The notes under the pieces: generated by a model
Databases searched by the model: none
Told to the model about the DNA's origin: nothing
What the model saw: only the letters and a program-made list of their open reading frames with translations
Origin: Rotaria socialis
Taxonomy: Eukaryota
Length of the DNA: 64,000 bases
Assembly: GCA_905331295.1 (NCBI GenBank)
Contig: CAJNYD010000281.1
Span: 1 to 64,000 of the forward strand
Direction: 5' to 3'
Part shown: in pieces, positions 25,760 through 40,438 of the stretch
Numbering within the stretch: the stretch's first letter is position 1
Layout of the letters: each line of letters opens with the position of its first letter
Translations under genes and position numbers: made by a program

Positions 25760-27113
25760 TTATTCTGGAAATATTATTTTTATCGTTTGTTCTGTATGAT
25801 ATCGAATACATTCAATCATGTTTTGTTGACGATTTCCAATAGCTTCTAGAACATTTTCGACGGTTGGTAATTTCTTAAATTTATGTTTTTGATTTAAGAT
25901 TTTTGTTTTTTCGACATTGGCTGCTTCATTATAGATTTGAATGTTTTTCTCAATCAAGAGAATAGTTTCGTTCATGGATTCAGACACCAATTCTTTTAGT
26001 AACATTGTATCAATATGTGTTGTTGATAAAGTATTAAATAATACTTTATTTGTAAGAATAAGTGTAAAAAGTTCATTGATCTTAGTTAAACCTAATTTCA
26101 TCATGGTATGTAATGTCATTGATATAGTAGGTAAAGACATCCATTTTTTGAAAATAGTAAGTTCATATTGTAATGATTGTTCGTATTGAGTAGCCTTCCA
26201 GATGACTTTAGCCGACAAAATCTAGAGTAAATCAAAAGAAAACACTAGTAGTATCATATCGAATTCATAAGAAACTATTGACAGATAAACACAAACGAAC
26301 CTCAGTTTGTCTTGGATTCAATTCATAGAATGCATTCACAAATTCATGATCTTGAGCATCCATTTTTAGCATTTGACGTTGTCGTTCAAATTCTATTCGT
26401 AATCGATATTGATCTCGTTGAATAAAATTATAAATAATGTTGTCAAGCTCTTGTATATCAATGGATATGGGTGCTTGTTTTTTAAATTCTTCAAGTTGAT
26501 ATTGACAATCGAGAATTTTCTTTCGAAAATAAATTTGACGTCGTTGAATTAATGCTTTTGTACGACCATAACTAACACACATTGAATTGACTAAAGCCAT
26601 TTTCTTTGAAACACGTCCATGCCAAATACCTTCTTTCATGCCAAGTTGATGATAATACATCCATTGATCATATTGTAAATTTAAATAATTTAATTTATTG
26701 ATAGATTGAGTCAATTGTCGACTAAATATGAATATCTCATCATTATTAAATAATTCAATGTAACGTTTTCGATCATTTTCATTTGATAATGAATCCAAGA
26801 TTTTTTCTTTAAATATTTCATTGGATACATGTGAATAATCATTTATAGTTAAAGTTGGATCTTTATTTGATCGAATATGAGATTGATTGTCATTTTTCTT
26901 GAATAAACATGATTCAAACATAGAAAATGTTTGAGTGTCATTCATATGTTTCTTTAATAGTAAAGGTTGATAAAGACTATTTCCAAAAGATCTTATACGA
27001 TGATAGAATTTATGTGGTTTCTTTTTTAAATATTTTGTTCTCTTACACGGTTGATTCCCATTACAATTGTTATTCATATCAGTCGATTGTTGTTCATTAA
27101 TATTCGAATTCAT
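25760..27113 (-). CDS. Terminon coiled-coil protein, 2 exons
   Basis: Exons 27113-26301 and 26221-25760; basic N-terminus, FYELNPRQTE| intron, helical Q/E/K-rich content. Confidence 0.8.
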
Positions 27114-27348
27114 GATTATGTAGAAGATGCCTTTTTTTATCTATAATAATCTAAAACAACATAGAAGAGAAATAAGCATTAGATAAAAAAAAAGACATTG
27201 AATAATTCAATGAAATCCTAAATAGAACAATAATTGAAAAAAAGAAAAATTTAATTGTTATTGTTATTGTTAATATTTTTTGTTTTTCTTTTCATTGATT
27301 TTAAATTTTCTTTGACATTCATCAATACATTTTGTTCAATGATCATTA

Positions 27349-30300
27349 CTAGGCTGTTGTTGTGGTTGATTCAGTCAATTTTTGTTCTAAATTGTTTTTG
27401 AAAATAACAAAACAAAAATATACATTAGTCAGAAGATTTTTATTTTTTGAATACACTCACTCTTTTGAAATGGTTGATTTTTCAATAATGATGATGATGG
27501 ACGTTTTCTTGTTAATTCAAATTCAATATTTGGATTATTTCGATGACCAACAATTAATCGAATATCTTGATAAATCGTATTGTTGAAGAAACTATCATGA
27601 ATTTCATGTATTTGTCGTTGCATATTTCGAAATCGACCTTCATATAGAGAATGAATAAAGATTTTCTTGTGAAATTTATTATCTTTATCATTTGTTGTTT
27701 CTCCATCATTTTTAATACATTGATCTTTAATAATATGATCGACAGTAGCTACACTTTTATCAAATAGAATTTGTTTAAGTGAAGGTTGTGTTAATAATTT
27801 TTTTCGTAAAATAACAAATTGTTCTTCATTATCAATGAATGGTAGAATCGAAGAAAATGTCGGTAAATATTTGAGAAAAAATTGTTGAAATTGTGTATTA
27901 ATATAGACTGATGGATAACTAAAATAATTTTAAAGAAAAATAAAAAGAATATTATTACATTAAGTTCATTATAGAATTCGACCGAAATGAAATATGACTT
28001 ACTCATTATATAATAAAGTTGAACGTAATTCTACGTCGTTCAATATTAAATGCTTCAAATGTTGACGAATATCGTATTGCTCTCATGAGTGCTGTTTGAA
28101 TAACATTACGAAATACATGTCGTGGATGATCAGAAAGAAATGATAAAATAGTTGGTTCAGCCGCTGGTTTATGATACACAGATGAATACAATGTAGCATT
28201 TCGATTTTCAATGAGAACATCAAGAAAAGGTAAACATTGACCGATTGTATAAGTTAATTTAATATTTGGATGAAATTGATTTGCAAAATCTAACCATTCT
28301 TTAATTGTTGTTTCTGATTCATTGGATGTAAAAATGACATCATCAATATATCTATAAATAGAAAAATAAAATTCTTTAAAATAAAATCAAAAAAAATGAT
28401 AATACTGACCGGCCGTACAATTCATGAGAGGGTAATTTTGAAAGAATAGTTTGACGTTCCCATTTCCACATGAAAATATTTGCCAAGGTTAATGTAAAGG
28501 GTGAACCCATAGCACCACCAATAATTTGTCGATAGAATTTTCCATCATAAACAAAAACATTTTCTTTCAATACGAGACGAGCTAATTCAATGATTGTTTC
28601 AATGGATACGCCATCAATTTGCTGACAACCATGTTCACGAAGAAATTCAGCAAGAATTTCAAGTGATTCTTCTTGTGGTAACATTGTATAGAGATTAGTA
28701 ATATCAAATGTAACAAATAATGTTGACGACTTGAAATAACCATTTTTTATATAGACATCAAGTCGATGAAAAAGATCAACACCATCAACGATCGTCGTTG
28801 AACGAACATATCGATCAAATAATGGACGAAGTGATTGATCTAAAAATTTTGATATTTGTGTTGTTGCTGCATGTATTGTATTGATGATAGGTCGAAGTGG
28901 TGTTCCTTCCTTATGTGATTTAGGTAGAAAATACATATAAGCTAATTCAGTTTTATTTTGAATTGGAATTAATTTTGATTTTTGTCGTTCTCTAATTCTA
29001 TTTTGAGAACGTAATTGATTCAATAAATTCGTAACACGATGAAAGATATCATTCAATGGATTTGTTGATAGTTCTTCATAGGCACCTGTTGTTGTTCGAT
29101 ATAAATAAGCCTTCCGTTCATAATCACGCAGATGGCCAATATGAAATACACCACTTTTATCTGTTTGACGAAGAATAAGTTTATGTTTTTTTAATTTTCG
29201 TCGAATTGATTTAATCAATTTTAATTCTCGTCGAGCACGTAATTGATTCATCAATGGTAGTGGTTTCATATATTCAAGAGTAAGACATGTTCGTAGACGA
29301 TCTTCATATGATTTATACATTGTTGTAGTCTTGGGTATTGATGGATAGCCATCTCTTGTTGCATTGACTAAAGTATTTTTTATTTTATTTAACATCTCAT
29401 CGATCTCCTTTTTTATTTGTTTATCACGTTGTTTTATTGGTCGTAGTGTACTTTGATTTGGCCGTATATAACTTGGACCTAAAAATAAAACACAATCATA
29501 TAGATAAATAAATAAAATAGAGAACATTTTTTTTTCTAAAATATTCTACTAAACCTCTTGAAAGATATTTTAATTCATTTGTTGTAAATGGATGTCGTCG
29601 AAGATCAAGAATGACATGTGGAGAAACTTGAACTTGTTTAAGAAATTTTCTTTTTCGTTTCAAACGTTGTCGTTGATGTCGAAGTTTTTTTTGAAATATT
29701 GGTATTTGTTCATAATATATGATTTGTTTTAATCTATCGATTCGATAATTCATATAACGATGAAAACCTTCTAATAGAATACTTTCATTGTTAGATAGAT
29801 TATTCTTTGATACAAATTCTTTGAAAAGTTGTTGATATTCATTTTCACGTTGTTGATATTGAATTTCATAGGAATGTAAATAAATATTTAAAAAATGACG
29901 TTTTGTTTCTTGTATTAATTTAAATCGTTTTTGTTGATATTCAATAGAAAGAAAATCGCGAAGATGTGTTCGATATTGAATCGATCTAAAGATATTTTCA
30001 ATACGATTCAATTGTCTAGGTAAACATTCCATTGATACACGTGTTTCTAATCGAAGATAATTTTCAAAGATTTCCAATTGTCGTTCTCGTATAAAGATCA
30101 ATTGATCAATCGTAGATTTCTATCAATGAGAAAACAAAACAAATAAATAACAATTCATTGAATATAAAACAAAATCTAAATAGAATTTACTTGTTCATCA
30201 GTATGAATATGAGATAATAATGATTTATATAATTCATTTTCATGAATATAATTTTTATATCTAGTCAATTGAGCATTTAATTTTTCGGTAAAACGTGTTC

Positions 30301-31120
30301 GTTGTAGTCGAACGAATTCTTTGAGCTTTTGATTAAGTATATCGAAGGGTCCCAATTTAATCGGACATAATTCAGCTTGTTTCTTTAATTCATTGATACA
30401 TTCACGATATTCTTTTTCAAGTTTATTTAAACGTTGTTCAATATATTGTACACTCAATTCATTATTCGTTGATTTTATTTTCTTCTGTATACACATCTAG
30501 AAAGAAGAAAATACTATATATATATATATTGAGAATAGTATTCAACTTACAGGCCAAAACTTAGATAGAGAACCAAGAGTTAAATAAGTTTGCCATAAAA
30601 ATCGATATTGACCAAGACGATATTGTTGATCGAGTAAAGGTAGTCGTTGATAGATAAATTGTTGATGTTTCTTATTTGTTAGTTTTTGTTGTAAATGTAA
30701 ACGAACACTTTGCATAAGTATATTGGGTTCCTTTTTTAAATACATTGGAAGTCGTCTATTGAATTTCGTCGATGCCACTTTCAATTTTTTACATTTCTTT
30801 ATTTTCTTCTTCAATTTTCGTTTAGTCGTCGATGTCTTTCTTGTCACATTCTTCGATTGACGTAGTACAATATCATTTGTTTCTTTCATTTGAATATCAT
30901 TTTCTTCTCGTCGTGGTGGTTGTTGCTGTTGTTGACGATCTTGAATTAATCGTTGAATTTCTTCATCATTCATACCTCGTTGACGACATTTCTTTTTAAA
31001 GCGTCGTAATTTACGATTACCGTGACATCGTCGACGATGTAGTTTTGTTCGTTGAATTGTATTTTGTTGTTGTCGTCGTTGATTATTGATCTTGTTGATG
31101 TTAACAGTCGTGGATCCCAT
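27349..31120 (-). CDS. Athena-type RT (YIDD) with N-terminal basic/CC region, 7 exons; one +1 frameshift at ~28027
   Basis: Exons 31120-30551, 30496-30191, 30119-29555, 29478-28410, 28351-28003, 27918-27461, 27386-27349. Motifs: RRRCHGNRK, QTDKSG, FLPKSHK, FDITNLYT, GGAMGSPFT, YGR|YIDD, YHKP. Confidence 0.88.
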
Positions 31121-31313
31121 AATGGTTTTGATAGTTTGTTTATCAAAAATAAAGATTGACGTTCATCTAGAATGGATCTAAAATGAAAACATAACACGTA
31201 CGTATGCCATCTACGAAATAAATCGAATGAAAAGTTACTACAATCTAGTTTAGAAATATTCAAATAAACATGTATTTTCTAAGAGAAGAAAAAAACGAAA
31301 TATTCTATTGAAT

Positions 31314-32765
31314 TTAATGATTATTCTTTTTTTCGTTCGATTTCCAACGAAAACATTCAATCTTATATTTATAAATCGATTGAATACGTTCACCTATCAT
31401 TCGACAACGTTCAGTGATTAAATCGATCATTTTCAACGGTAATATTGTATCATCAAGTGCATTATGATGAATATCATATAGTTTCTCCTTTTGATTATCA
31501 TAGTTTAATTCAGCTCGAGTTCGTTGATCTTCAGCTGTTTTTAAAATTAATGTACAAAAATCAGCTTTGGCTTGTTGGATCAATTCTCGAGATTGTTTTT
31601 GTAACAATTGTCGTATTTCAACATTTTCAATAGAATCAATCATTGTTGAATCAATAAGTGCTAAATCTTTGAAACATTGATCAGATACATTGAAATGATG
31701 CATTCGTTCTTGAAGAAATTTCAGTTCTTGTTCAGTTGTTTCTTTTTCATCTTTTTTCAAACATAATTGTTTCATGAGTTTTTTCTAGAAACAGACAAAA
31801 AAAATATATGAATAGATAACTTCATTATTATCAAAAATACATACTTGATATTCAGTTGCATTTTGACGATCAAATTCTCGTTTAATAGCTTCGATATGAT
31901 AATCAATGGTAACTAATTCTATTTTATGTTCGATTTCTTTTTGAAATTCATATACATTTCGAAGAATATAATCTTTTAATAATTGTTCAACTTTTAAACT
32001 GTAACCAGAGATATGATTGACTTTTTTATTCCATTCAATTTCTGTTTGTCGTAATTGTTTTTGAAGTTCTTGTCGGTGAACAGAAACTATATCCATTGAA
32101 CTTTGATTCATATCTGCAGATTGTTCATCCATTGATTTTAATAATCGTTGAATTTCTTTAGGCCAAATACTAATATTCATCGCATAGATAATATAAGTTT
32201 GTCTTTCAGATGTTGGTTTAATCAATTGACCAACACCTGACTCCCAATAACTTGTCCATAATAAATGATACATGGATAGAATTTGTATTTGATAGAGAAG
32301 AATACTGACGTCTTGTAAATCATTTTGTATCTTATCATTCGTCATAGATACATTCATCATACGCAATGCTTGATCAATAATGGATTGAAATGTTTTATTT
32401 TCTTTGGTTAGATAAGTTGGAATTTTCTCTAAACGTTCTTGAATCTTTTTATCGATCAATATAGATGAATTCTGAATTCTTTTTGTTGTTGTTGGAATCA
32501 CTGATGTTGTTAATTCAGTCATTTTTTGTGATAATATTCTTTCTTGTACGTTCTAGAAAATAATAATTTTCAAAAAAGAATCATTCTTTTTCTTTTTCAT
32601 ATTTACCTCGATCATGGTTGAATATAATGGACCTTGACGAGAAGACAAGTTAGGATCATTCTAAAAGAAAGAATATGTATTCATATAAATGTATGAATAA
32701 TTTTGTTTTACTTGTCTTCCATTGACTTTATCTTGATTATTATCAATGAATAAATAGTCAGCCAT
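31314..32765 (-). CDS. Terminon coiled-coil protein (homolog of 4606-5929), 4 exons
   Basis: Exons 32765-32712, 32660-32607, 32552-31845, 31784-31314; IPTYL, SGVGQL, ISIWP motifs and TEYQ| intron. Confidence 0.8.
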
Positions 32766-33147
32766 GTTGAATAAGTTGAATTGAAATGAATTATCTAAAA
32801 CAGAAGAACAAGTCATTGAAATAACTCATTATCTAATTATGAATTGAAAACAATGACAAGTAGAGTAAACACAATGAAAAACAAAACAAGAAAGAAGAAA
32901 TTGCTAATCATAAATGAATTGTCTTCTAAAACTACTAAACATACATATATGAAAAAGAAAAGAACAGTACATATCAATCTAATCAACATCTAAATGGTTA
33001 AACAAAAATTAAAGAACAAAAAAATGAAGGTTACAAATAAATAATACTATCTCAATGATAATATTATTTTTATCGAACATTAGTTAGATGAATTTTCGTT
33101 GAAATAAGATTCTTCATGATTGAAAAAACAATTTTCAAATCGATGTT

Positions 33148-35196
33148 TCAATGATTCTGCTGTTCTTCTTCGTTGTTATCGTCGTCGTCATCATCATCAT
33201 CGTCATGTGGATGTGAGGGTGGACGTAGATTAAGTTCCTTTATTTTTTCAAGCAATGAAGTAATATAATGTGGACATGACATTGATGGATGATTTATCTG
33301 TTGATACCAATCATGAAGATAAGGTTTACCATAACGTTTCTTAGGATCTAAACCATTGGGACATATCATATTTAATCGAGGTTCACCATGAATAATGAAC
33401 AATGTTTCAATAAAATATCGTAATAGAATTGATTTATCATCAGGTACTAGAAAGAGAGAGAGAGAAAATAATAAATCAATCAATAGTAGAATTTACTTAC
33501 AAACGGCAATCATTTTCATTTTATAAAAATCAGTTTCGACATAGGGCATATGAGCAACAGAATCCAATAGAAAACGATCGAAAAATATCCGTTGTTGTTG
33601 TACTTGTATCACTGAGAAGTGACGGTCTCCTTTTTTTATTGATTTTACAAATTCTAAACGTTCTAATACTTTTCTTTGTTGATATGTACGTCTTGGAAAT
33701 GTAAACATATCTTCGGATCGAGTCATACTAACAACTTTTGAAAAGAGATCATTTTCTTGATAAGCTTTTTCTTTCGATTGTGGAATAAAACACCAATATG
33801 TTGGATTATGTTCAAGAAATAAATGAAGTGCCGTTGAACAATGAGCAAAATGTTTATAAAGACGCATCTTTCTTAAATTACGATGTCTAAATATACGTAA
33901 ATAGAAATAAGATAAAAAAAGAAAATTTAAAACAAATCCACAAATAAAAGACTATTTATATACCGAGCACGTTCCGTAGGTGTCATCATTGCATGATAGA
34001 CTGAACAACCAGTTAAAAAACTATGCATCATTTGATTTATTGCCAATCGATGATCTATAGATGAAAAAGTTTTTTTTTTGTTTTCTTCTTCTTCTTCATA
34101 ATATTTTACATACGAGCTAAAGCATCTCCCAATGTACCCGATGTTGAATCAATAAATTCATATAGACCACATGCACATGTCATCACATAAACAATATTTG
34201 ATGTTGTACATGTCTACAATAAAACATAATAATCATTTTATTTTTATTTTCATAAAATAATTCATCTACATACGGCTGGACAATTCAAATAAGTTGTATA
34301 ACCATTGGCAAAACAATGACTGGAACTATGTTCAAAATCAATCGGAGGTAACAGTGATGGTGATGATGCTTCGTTTTCATATCTGAGAGAAACACAACAT
34401 CGACAACCTATAGTATGACATGGTGTCATACTATATCTTGCTTTGGGTGATTCATCATTACAGAAAAGACCTTGTGTTGATGGATATGGTTCAGCACCAC
34501 GAAATCGACATGTTTTCATAAAGAATACATCGACTAAAAAATATAAAAAAGAAAAATTCAGATATCTATAATCATTATGATATTTACCATCTATTTGTAA
34601 GAAAAATTCTAATACTATAGACATTTGTTTTGAATTGAGTGTTGGCTCATCTAAAGCAACAGCGGGTCGTACAAGTGTTTCTCTTCGAAAATGTTCATGT
34701 AATTCAAGAAGTCGATGACAAATAGAATCTAATCGATCAGCATTGCCTCTTATAATAGATTCCTTGACTTGTAATCTTGTCGATAATTCATTTATATCAA
34801 TGGAAGATAAACCAAATGGTTCATGATAATTATCAAGATTATTCAATGTCAATATATTCGAGATGTTTGTAGCTTGTTGACGTCGTACTAGTTCATCTTG
34901 TGAAAGATAACTATCTATAATAGATATTCAATAAAAAGAAAGAAAAGGCAATGTAATAAATATTTTTATAAATATATATACGAACTTGGTACATTTGCTA
35001 ATAATAAATGATCATTGACACCCAAGGTGATTATTGATGTTTCTGGTGGAAATATTGGCAAAAAGAGTTGACTTGCCAAATTATCTGAACTTGAAATTTT
35101 TGATTGATAACCTTGTCGTTCATTATTCGATATTGTTTCTGTTGGTGTCATTGGTTCAGTTTTGATTATATTCATCATCATATTATTATTATCCAT
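33148..35196 (-). CDS. GIY-YIG-family protein with Cys-rich N-terminal region; degenerate active site; multi-exon
   Basis: PCHTIGCRCC, NGYTTYLNCPA|TCTTSNIVYVMTCACGLYEFIDSTSGTLGDAL, LYKHF.HC, LRYFIETLFI...PRLN; collinear with the gene at 40439-42023. Confidence 0.8.
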
Positions 35197-35464
35197 GTAT
35201 TTTTGCTGCTCGGTCCAAATAGTTAAATATTATCTAGAATAGTTCAAAGAGAAACAAACATGAATTAGTTGATATTTTATTTCTCAAACTAGAACAAATA
35301 AGAATAAGAAGAATAAGAAGAAGGTGAATGATGATATCAATAGAGACTAATAACAAATGAATAAAGAAAAAAACAAAAACAAAAACTCAAATGAAATGAA
35401 TGTTTTTTTTTTTTGAAAAGATCGACAAATGTTGTTGTCTTGGATGATTGAAAACAGAAAACAA

Positions 35465-35681
35465 TCAAGGAAATTGTATTGATTCACTTGAACTATTTTC
35501 CATTTTAGTGGGATATTTTGATCGTTTTGTGAATATCATAAAAATAAGATAAATCGTTAGAAGCAATATCAAAAAAGCCATACCAAAACTCAAACCATAA
35601 AGAGTAGTTCTTGATGAATATGAATCATGTTGATTTTCCATGATGTTTAATGGTGATGTTGATGGTGATGTTGATGGTGAT

Positions 35682-35714
<33 letters not shown>

Positions 35715-35920
35715 TTTGTTTCTAAAAGTGATGCATATTCCATATAATTACCAGTCGTAAGTTCTTCAACAATCGGTTTGACACGACTTAATTTTTCACG
35801 AACGATCATCGGAATGGTTGTTGCTTGATTTTTATTCATAGGCATGACACAATCTGCTCGTTGATTATTTTTCTTAAAAACCTTTTGAAAAAGTTCTATG
35901 AATCCATAAATGTTGAACAT
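35465..35920 (-). CDS. Single-pass membrane protein with Thr/Ser-rich stalk
   Basis: Poly-Thr/SPST tract, hydrophobic LYGLSFGMAFLILLLTIYLIFMIF, then TKRSK. Confidence 0.7.
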
Positions 35921-36222
35921 GATTAAGAATTATGAACTTTAAAAAGCAATCTAAAACGAGTAAAAACAAAAAAAGTTTTATAAATATGAATTCAAAGAAA
36001 ACAAAAAAAAAGAACTAGATTCTAAATGCTAGATGAAGAGAAATTTTCTCATAAACAAAAAATCAAAAAGAAAGTTATTTTGTTTTCATTGATTTCGATG
36101 TTTTCAGAACAGATATCTTTTTCTTGTTTGCACATGATTGAAGTAGTTGGACAATTTTTCTTATTTTCATTTGATTTTCTTTTATCATTTTCAATTGTAA
36201 TTGTAATGCTATGAAACGTAAA

Positions 36223-36867
36223 TCAAAGAAATGTAAAATCTTCTTTCTTTTGTTTTTTTATTCTTACTTTGTTTCCGTTGACGAATATGATAATTCGTAC
36301 TAGGTATTTTCTAAAAAAAAAAGAAATCCACATAAATAGATATATCTGTAGACATATATGAATAGGATATATATTCACTCGTTGTTTCATTTGAATTCTT
36401 TCAAGTTGTTCATATTTTTTTAATTGTTCTAAAACTAGATCATAGTCACGTTGTTGTTCATTACGTTCATATTCTTTTAATGTTTCAATATGTTGTAATT
36501 GTTTTGTTTTTATTTCGTCCATATCGAATAGAGATGGTTGATGATCATTGATTTTTAATTCTAAATCAAGTGTTTGTTCCAATCGATTATATTGTTCTTG
36601 TTCTTGTTGTTCTAATTCTTGAAGTTGTCGATCGAGATCAGCTTCCATAATTTCATCGAAATTAATCGGTTGATATTGACATTGAGATTGTTGTTGTTGT
36701 TGTCGATGTTTTTCTTTTTGTAATTGATGCCATCGTGTTAACATTGTTTCAATTTGTTCATGATATGATTTTACAGATGGTCGAGCATTTGTAGTTATCC
36801 TTGGTATATTATTATTATTATTATTATTATAACGATGATCAATCTTAAAGAAATTATTTTCTTGCAT
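36223..36867 (-). CDS. Q/E-rich coiled-coil protein; 3' exon structure uncertain
   Basis: ATG directly after a ttctag acceptor; heptad-like Q/E/L content; probable intron from ~36378. Confidence 0.6.
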   Translation of the reverse strand: MQENNFFKIDHRYNNNNNNNIPRITTNARPSVKSYHEQIETMLTRWHQLQKEKHRQQQQQSQCQYQPINFDEIMEADLDRQLQELEQQEQEQYNRLEQTLDLELKINDHQPSLFDMDEIKTKQLQHIETLKEYERNEQQRDYDLVLEQLKKYEQLERIQMKQRVNIYPIHICLQIYLFMWISFFFRKYLVRIIIFVNGNKVRIKKQKKEDFTFL

Positions 36868-36957
36868 CTAGAACAGAAAAAGAAACAAAACAAAACAATG
36901 ATGTCTATGATAAGAACTACAACTACAACTACAACTACAACTACAAATAATGAAAAG

Positions 36958-39900
36958 TTATTGTTTATTTAATATTGCATGTATTGGTCGTTGTTGACTT
37001 AGAAGTGCATTTAATGAATATTGAGATTTGGTTGTAATATCAAATTTTAATTTGGTGCTTTCGAATTTAAGATTATGTAATTGAATATTGTCCACTAATA
37101 TTTGACGTAATTTTTTATTGAATTCACCTTTTCGACTTATATTATCATAGATATAAGATAGAGGAAAACGACGATACTTCTTTAATGCATCTTGTTTTTT
37201 TTCCATGTATTGTCGTTGTTCATACATAAAATTAAATAGACGACGACGAAATTTTTCATAGCCATGTTGATCTAAATGTAATTGTTGAATTGCTTTTCCA
37301 TCAAAATATTTAAAAAAATGTTTCAAATGTTTTTCCACAAATTCCCATGAATAACCATTAGCTAAATAGGTCATTTCAAGATAGATACGTTCTTGATGGA
37401 AATCTTCAATCGTTGTACAATAACGAACAGCACGTATAAGACTTGATCGTAACCAATGACTATGTGTTCTTATTGCATTTCCATTTGATACATATGGTAA
37501 TGTATATGTTGGTTGATGTTGAATACGACTATAGAGTGAACCATGACGATTTTCTAAATAAATATCAAGATAGGTTAGTTTATCTTGAACTTGTATATGA
37601 AAATCTAAATAATCTTTGTATTTCGAAGTCATCGATTGTAAAATTTTATCTAGTTCATCCATTGAATGATTCCATGTAAAAAAGATTTGATTTTGATATC
37701 GTCCATAGAATTCATTGTGCATTGAATTTTGTTCAATTAAACATTGTTCCATTCGACTAAGATAAATATTCGATAATGTTTCAATCAGACCTGAACTTGC
37801 TGGACCACCTTTTCGATATCGATAAATTTTACCATCATAATAAAATCGATTATTATGTAGAAATAGACTTATCAATTGAATCACTTTTGTTACTTGTATA
37901 TTTTCAATACATGGTAAATGATAACATTGAAGGAAAAAATCTGTTAATGTATTCAACATATGATCATGTGAAACCATATGATAAAAATTGCCAATGGTAA
38001 TCGTGACAAATTTTGTTTTCGAAGAAAGACGATGAGTACGATCAATGTATTCATGAAATTTTCGTAAGAAATCTGAACCATTGGAAAACATTCGTCCTTG
38101 TCGATGTATATTGATGACAGTTCGTAAGATGGAATCAATAAATTGTCCTAAACGATAAGTAGCACTTTGTTTTGTGACCATCACCATAGGTTTAACATCC
38201 AATGTAGTTTGTTTCCATAGATCTGGTAGAAAATATAAATAAGGTAATTCTACTTTACCAATGAGAACAGTAATTCTATTCAATTGATCTTTATATTTTT
38301 TTGTATCCATAAATATTGTTTTAAATTCACGATTCATTGATTTAATTTTTCCTTGTAAATAATCTTGTGTTTCTTGAACATTGTCATTATTAATCTCCAT
38401 TTCTAATTCAAATCGATCTGTTTCTAACATAAATTCATTGCATAATTTTTCAAATAATATTCGATCACCTAAATAGAAAACATTTCTTCGATTAGCTGTA
38501 CGTCTTAAAATTAAATTAAATGATTTTAAATCATTTCGTATCTTGTCAATAAGTTGTTGTTCATAATATGCACGTTCCAACATGGCCTTGGATATCATTG
38601 TTGTTGTTGTTGTTTTCGAAAACATTTTCATATAAAGATCTTTGACTTGTTTTTGTAGAATGATTGTTTGAACTAAATTTACATCAGATTTTACCAATAG
38701 TTTATTTAAATCATGCTGTAATGGTTTATAATTTTTTTCTAAATTCTCTTCGATCAGTTGTTGATACGGTGATACATAAGTTGGTCCACGTGATAACAAT
38801 TGTAAATGTTCTTTATTTAAATCATGCATGGATGCATGTACAATGATCGTTGGTAAAAAACTAATTTTAGCTAAATTAAAATCATCGGATTGTTGACCAA
38901 AATGTTGTCGTAAATAATAATTTAAATGAAATTCTTGTATACCATGATATTTTTCTTCCGCTAATCTATAACGATGTTGTATAATAGTCATCAATGAATC
39001 TGATGTTAATATTGATGAAGCCAATTTTTCTTGTTCTTGATAAGAACGTTGACATTCATATAATTTTTTTTCCGCATCTACAATTGCTTTGGTCATACAT
39101 TCATTAAAATATTTTTGTAATTGTTTATTTTCGTAGTCAATATCTTGATGAAAAAATTCTGGATTTGATGTCAACGTCATCAGTAGCATTGATGAAGCTT
39201 GTGTTACACTTGTTTGTGTTGGTTGATTACATTGAACACGATGTTTCAATTCAATGAATTCATATTTTGTTTGTATGTATTCATTGTATGCTTTATATAG
39301 ATTTGTAGCCATTTCAATCTTTAAAAAAAAAAGAATATGTAGAGAACAAAAAAAGAAAAAAGAAAATATCTACTTGTTGTTCAGTTGGTTGAAGAGAAAG
39401 AAATTCACGTTCTAATAATTGATCTTGATAATCATATTCAAATTGTGCCAAATAATAATCGGATTTCATTCTTGATGGCAGTAGACGATATGTTTCAATA
39501 AATTCATTAAGTTTATCTTCAATGATATCTGTCATCCATTGACGACCATCTTCTTTCAATGTATTCTTTTGTTGTTGTAATTCTTCTAATTTTTGATTTA
39601 TTTTATTGATATATTTTTCAACATAGATTGCATATTGTTTTTCATTGATTTCTTTCATAGTAAATAGTTTCTTTACTTCATTCGACCAGATCTGTTGTTG
39701 AACACCTGCTTCACGATATCGTGTCCAACGTTTTAAATGAAGTTGAGCTACACCAATGCCATGTTGACAATGAATAAAATTTTTTAAATTATTGGGTAGT
39801 GGTCTTCCATTATCATGAAACATTGTACGATGAAACATGTCATCCATTGTTTCTAAATAACTTGTAATTTGATTTGTTTGTTCTGGATGTTGTACATCTA

Positions 39901-40315
39901 TATCTGTTGGTGGTAAACAAATCTTTTTCTTGGGATTTTCTTCTTGACTCGTTGATGGTGTACTCAATGGACGTTTATGACCTTCTGTTGATAATTGACT
40001 TAATTTTTGTGATAACATTTGTTCTTGATCCTGTTGTTGTTGTTGATCACCATGCATTTTATCTAGAATTATAGATGGTTGTTGTTCTTCTTCTTCTTCT
40101 TCTGTGTCTTCTTGATCAGAATAAAAATCTAAATCTTCATAATAATCTTCCATGATCATACGTTCAATTTCTTGTCGATCATCATCCATATCATCATCGA
40201 TGGTAACAATATCAAAGATATCATCAAACCAATCGATATTGTTAAACTTAAATAAAAAGAATATTAAATTAGAAAAAACAAAGTTATTTTAACATACTCT
40301 TGGTAAATTTTCCAT
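36958..40315 (-). CDS. Catalytically inactive Athena RT paralog with N-terminal CC region, 3 exons, ~1083 aa
   Basis: Exons 40315-40298, 40246-39374, 39318-36958. LLSRGPTYV, LRRTAN, LYFLP, VKPMV, NGYS retained; motif A reads VTITIGNFY and motif C YGRYQNQIFF (no Asp). Confidence 0.85.
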
Positions 40316-40438
40316 AATTATAATTGAATGAAATATCTACAATAGAAGAAAAAAAAAACAAGAAAGAATGACTAACAACAATTAATAATGAACGTTTTCT
40401 AAAGAAAGATAGATAGATCAACATAGTTTTTGTTTTAT

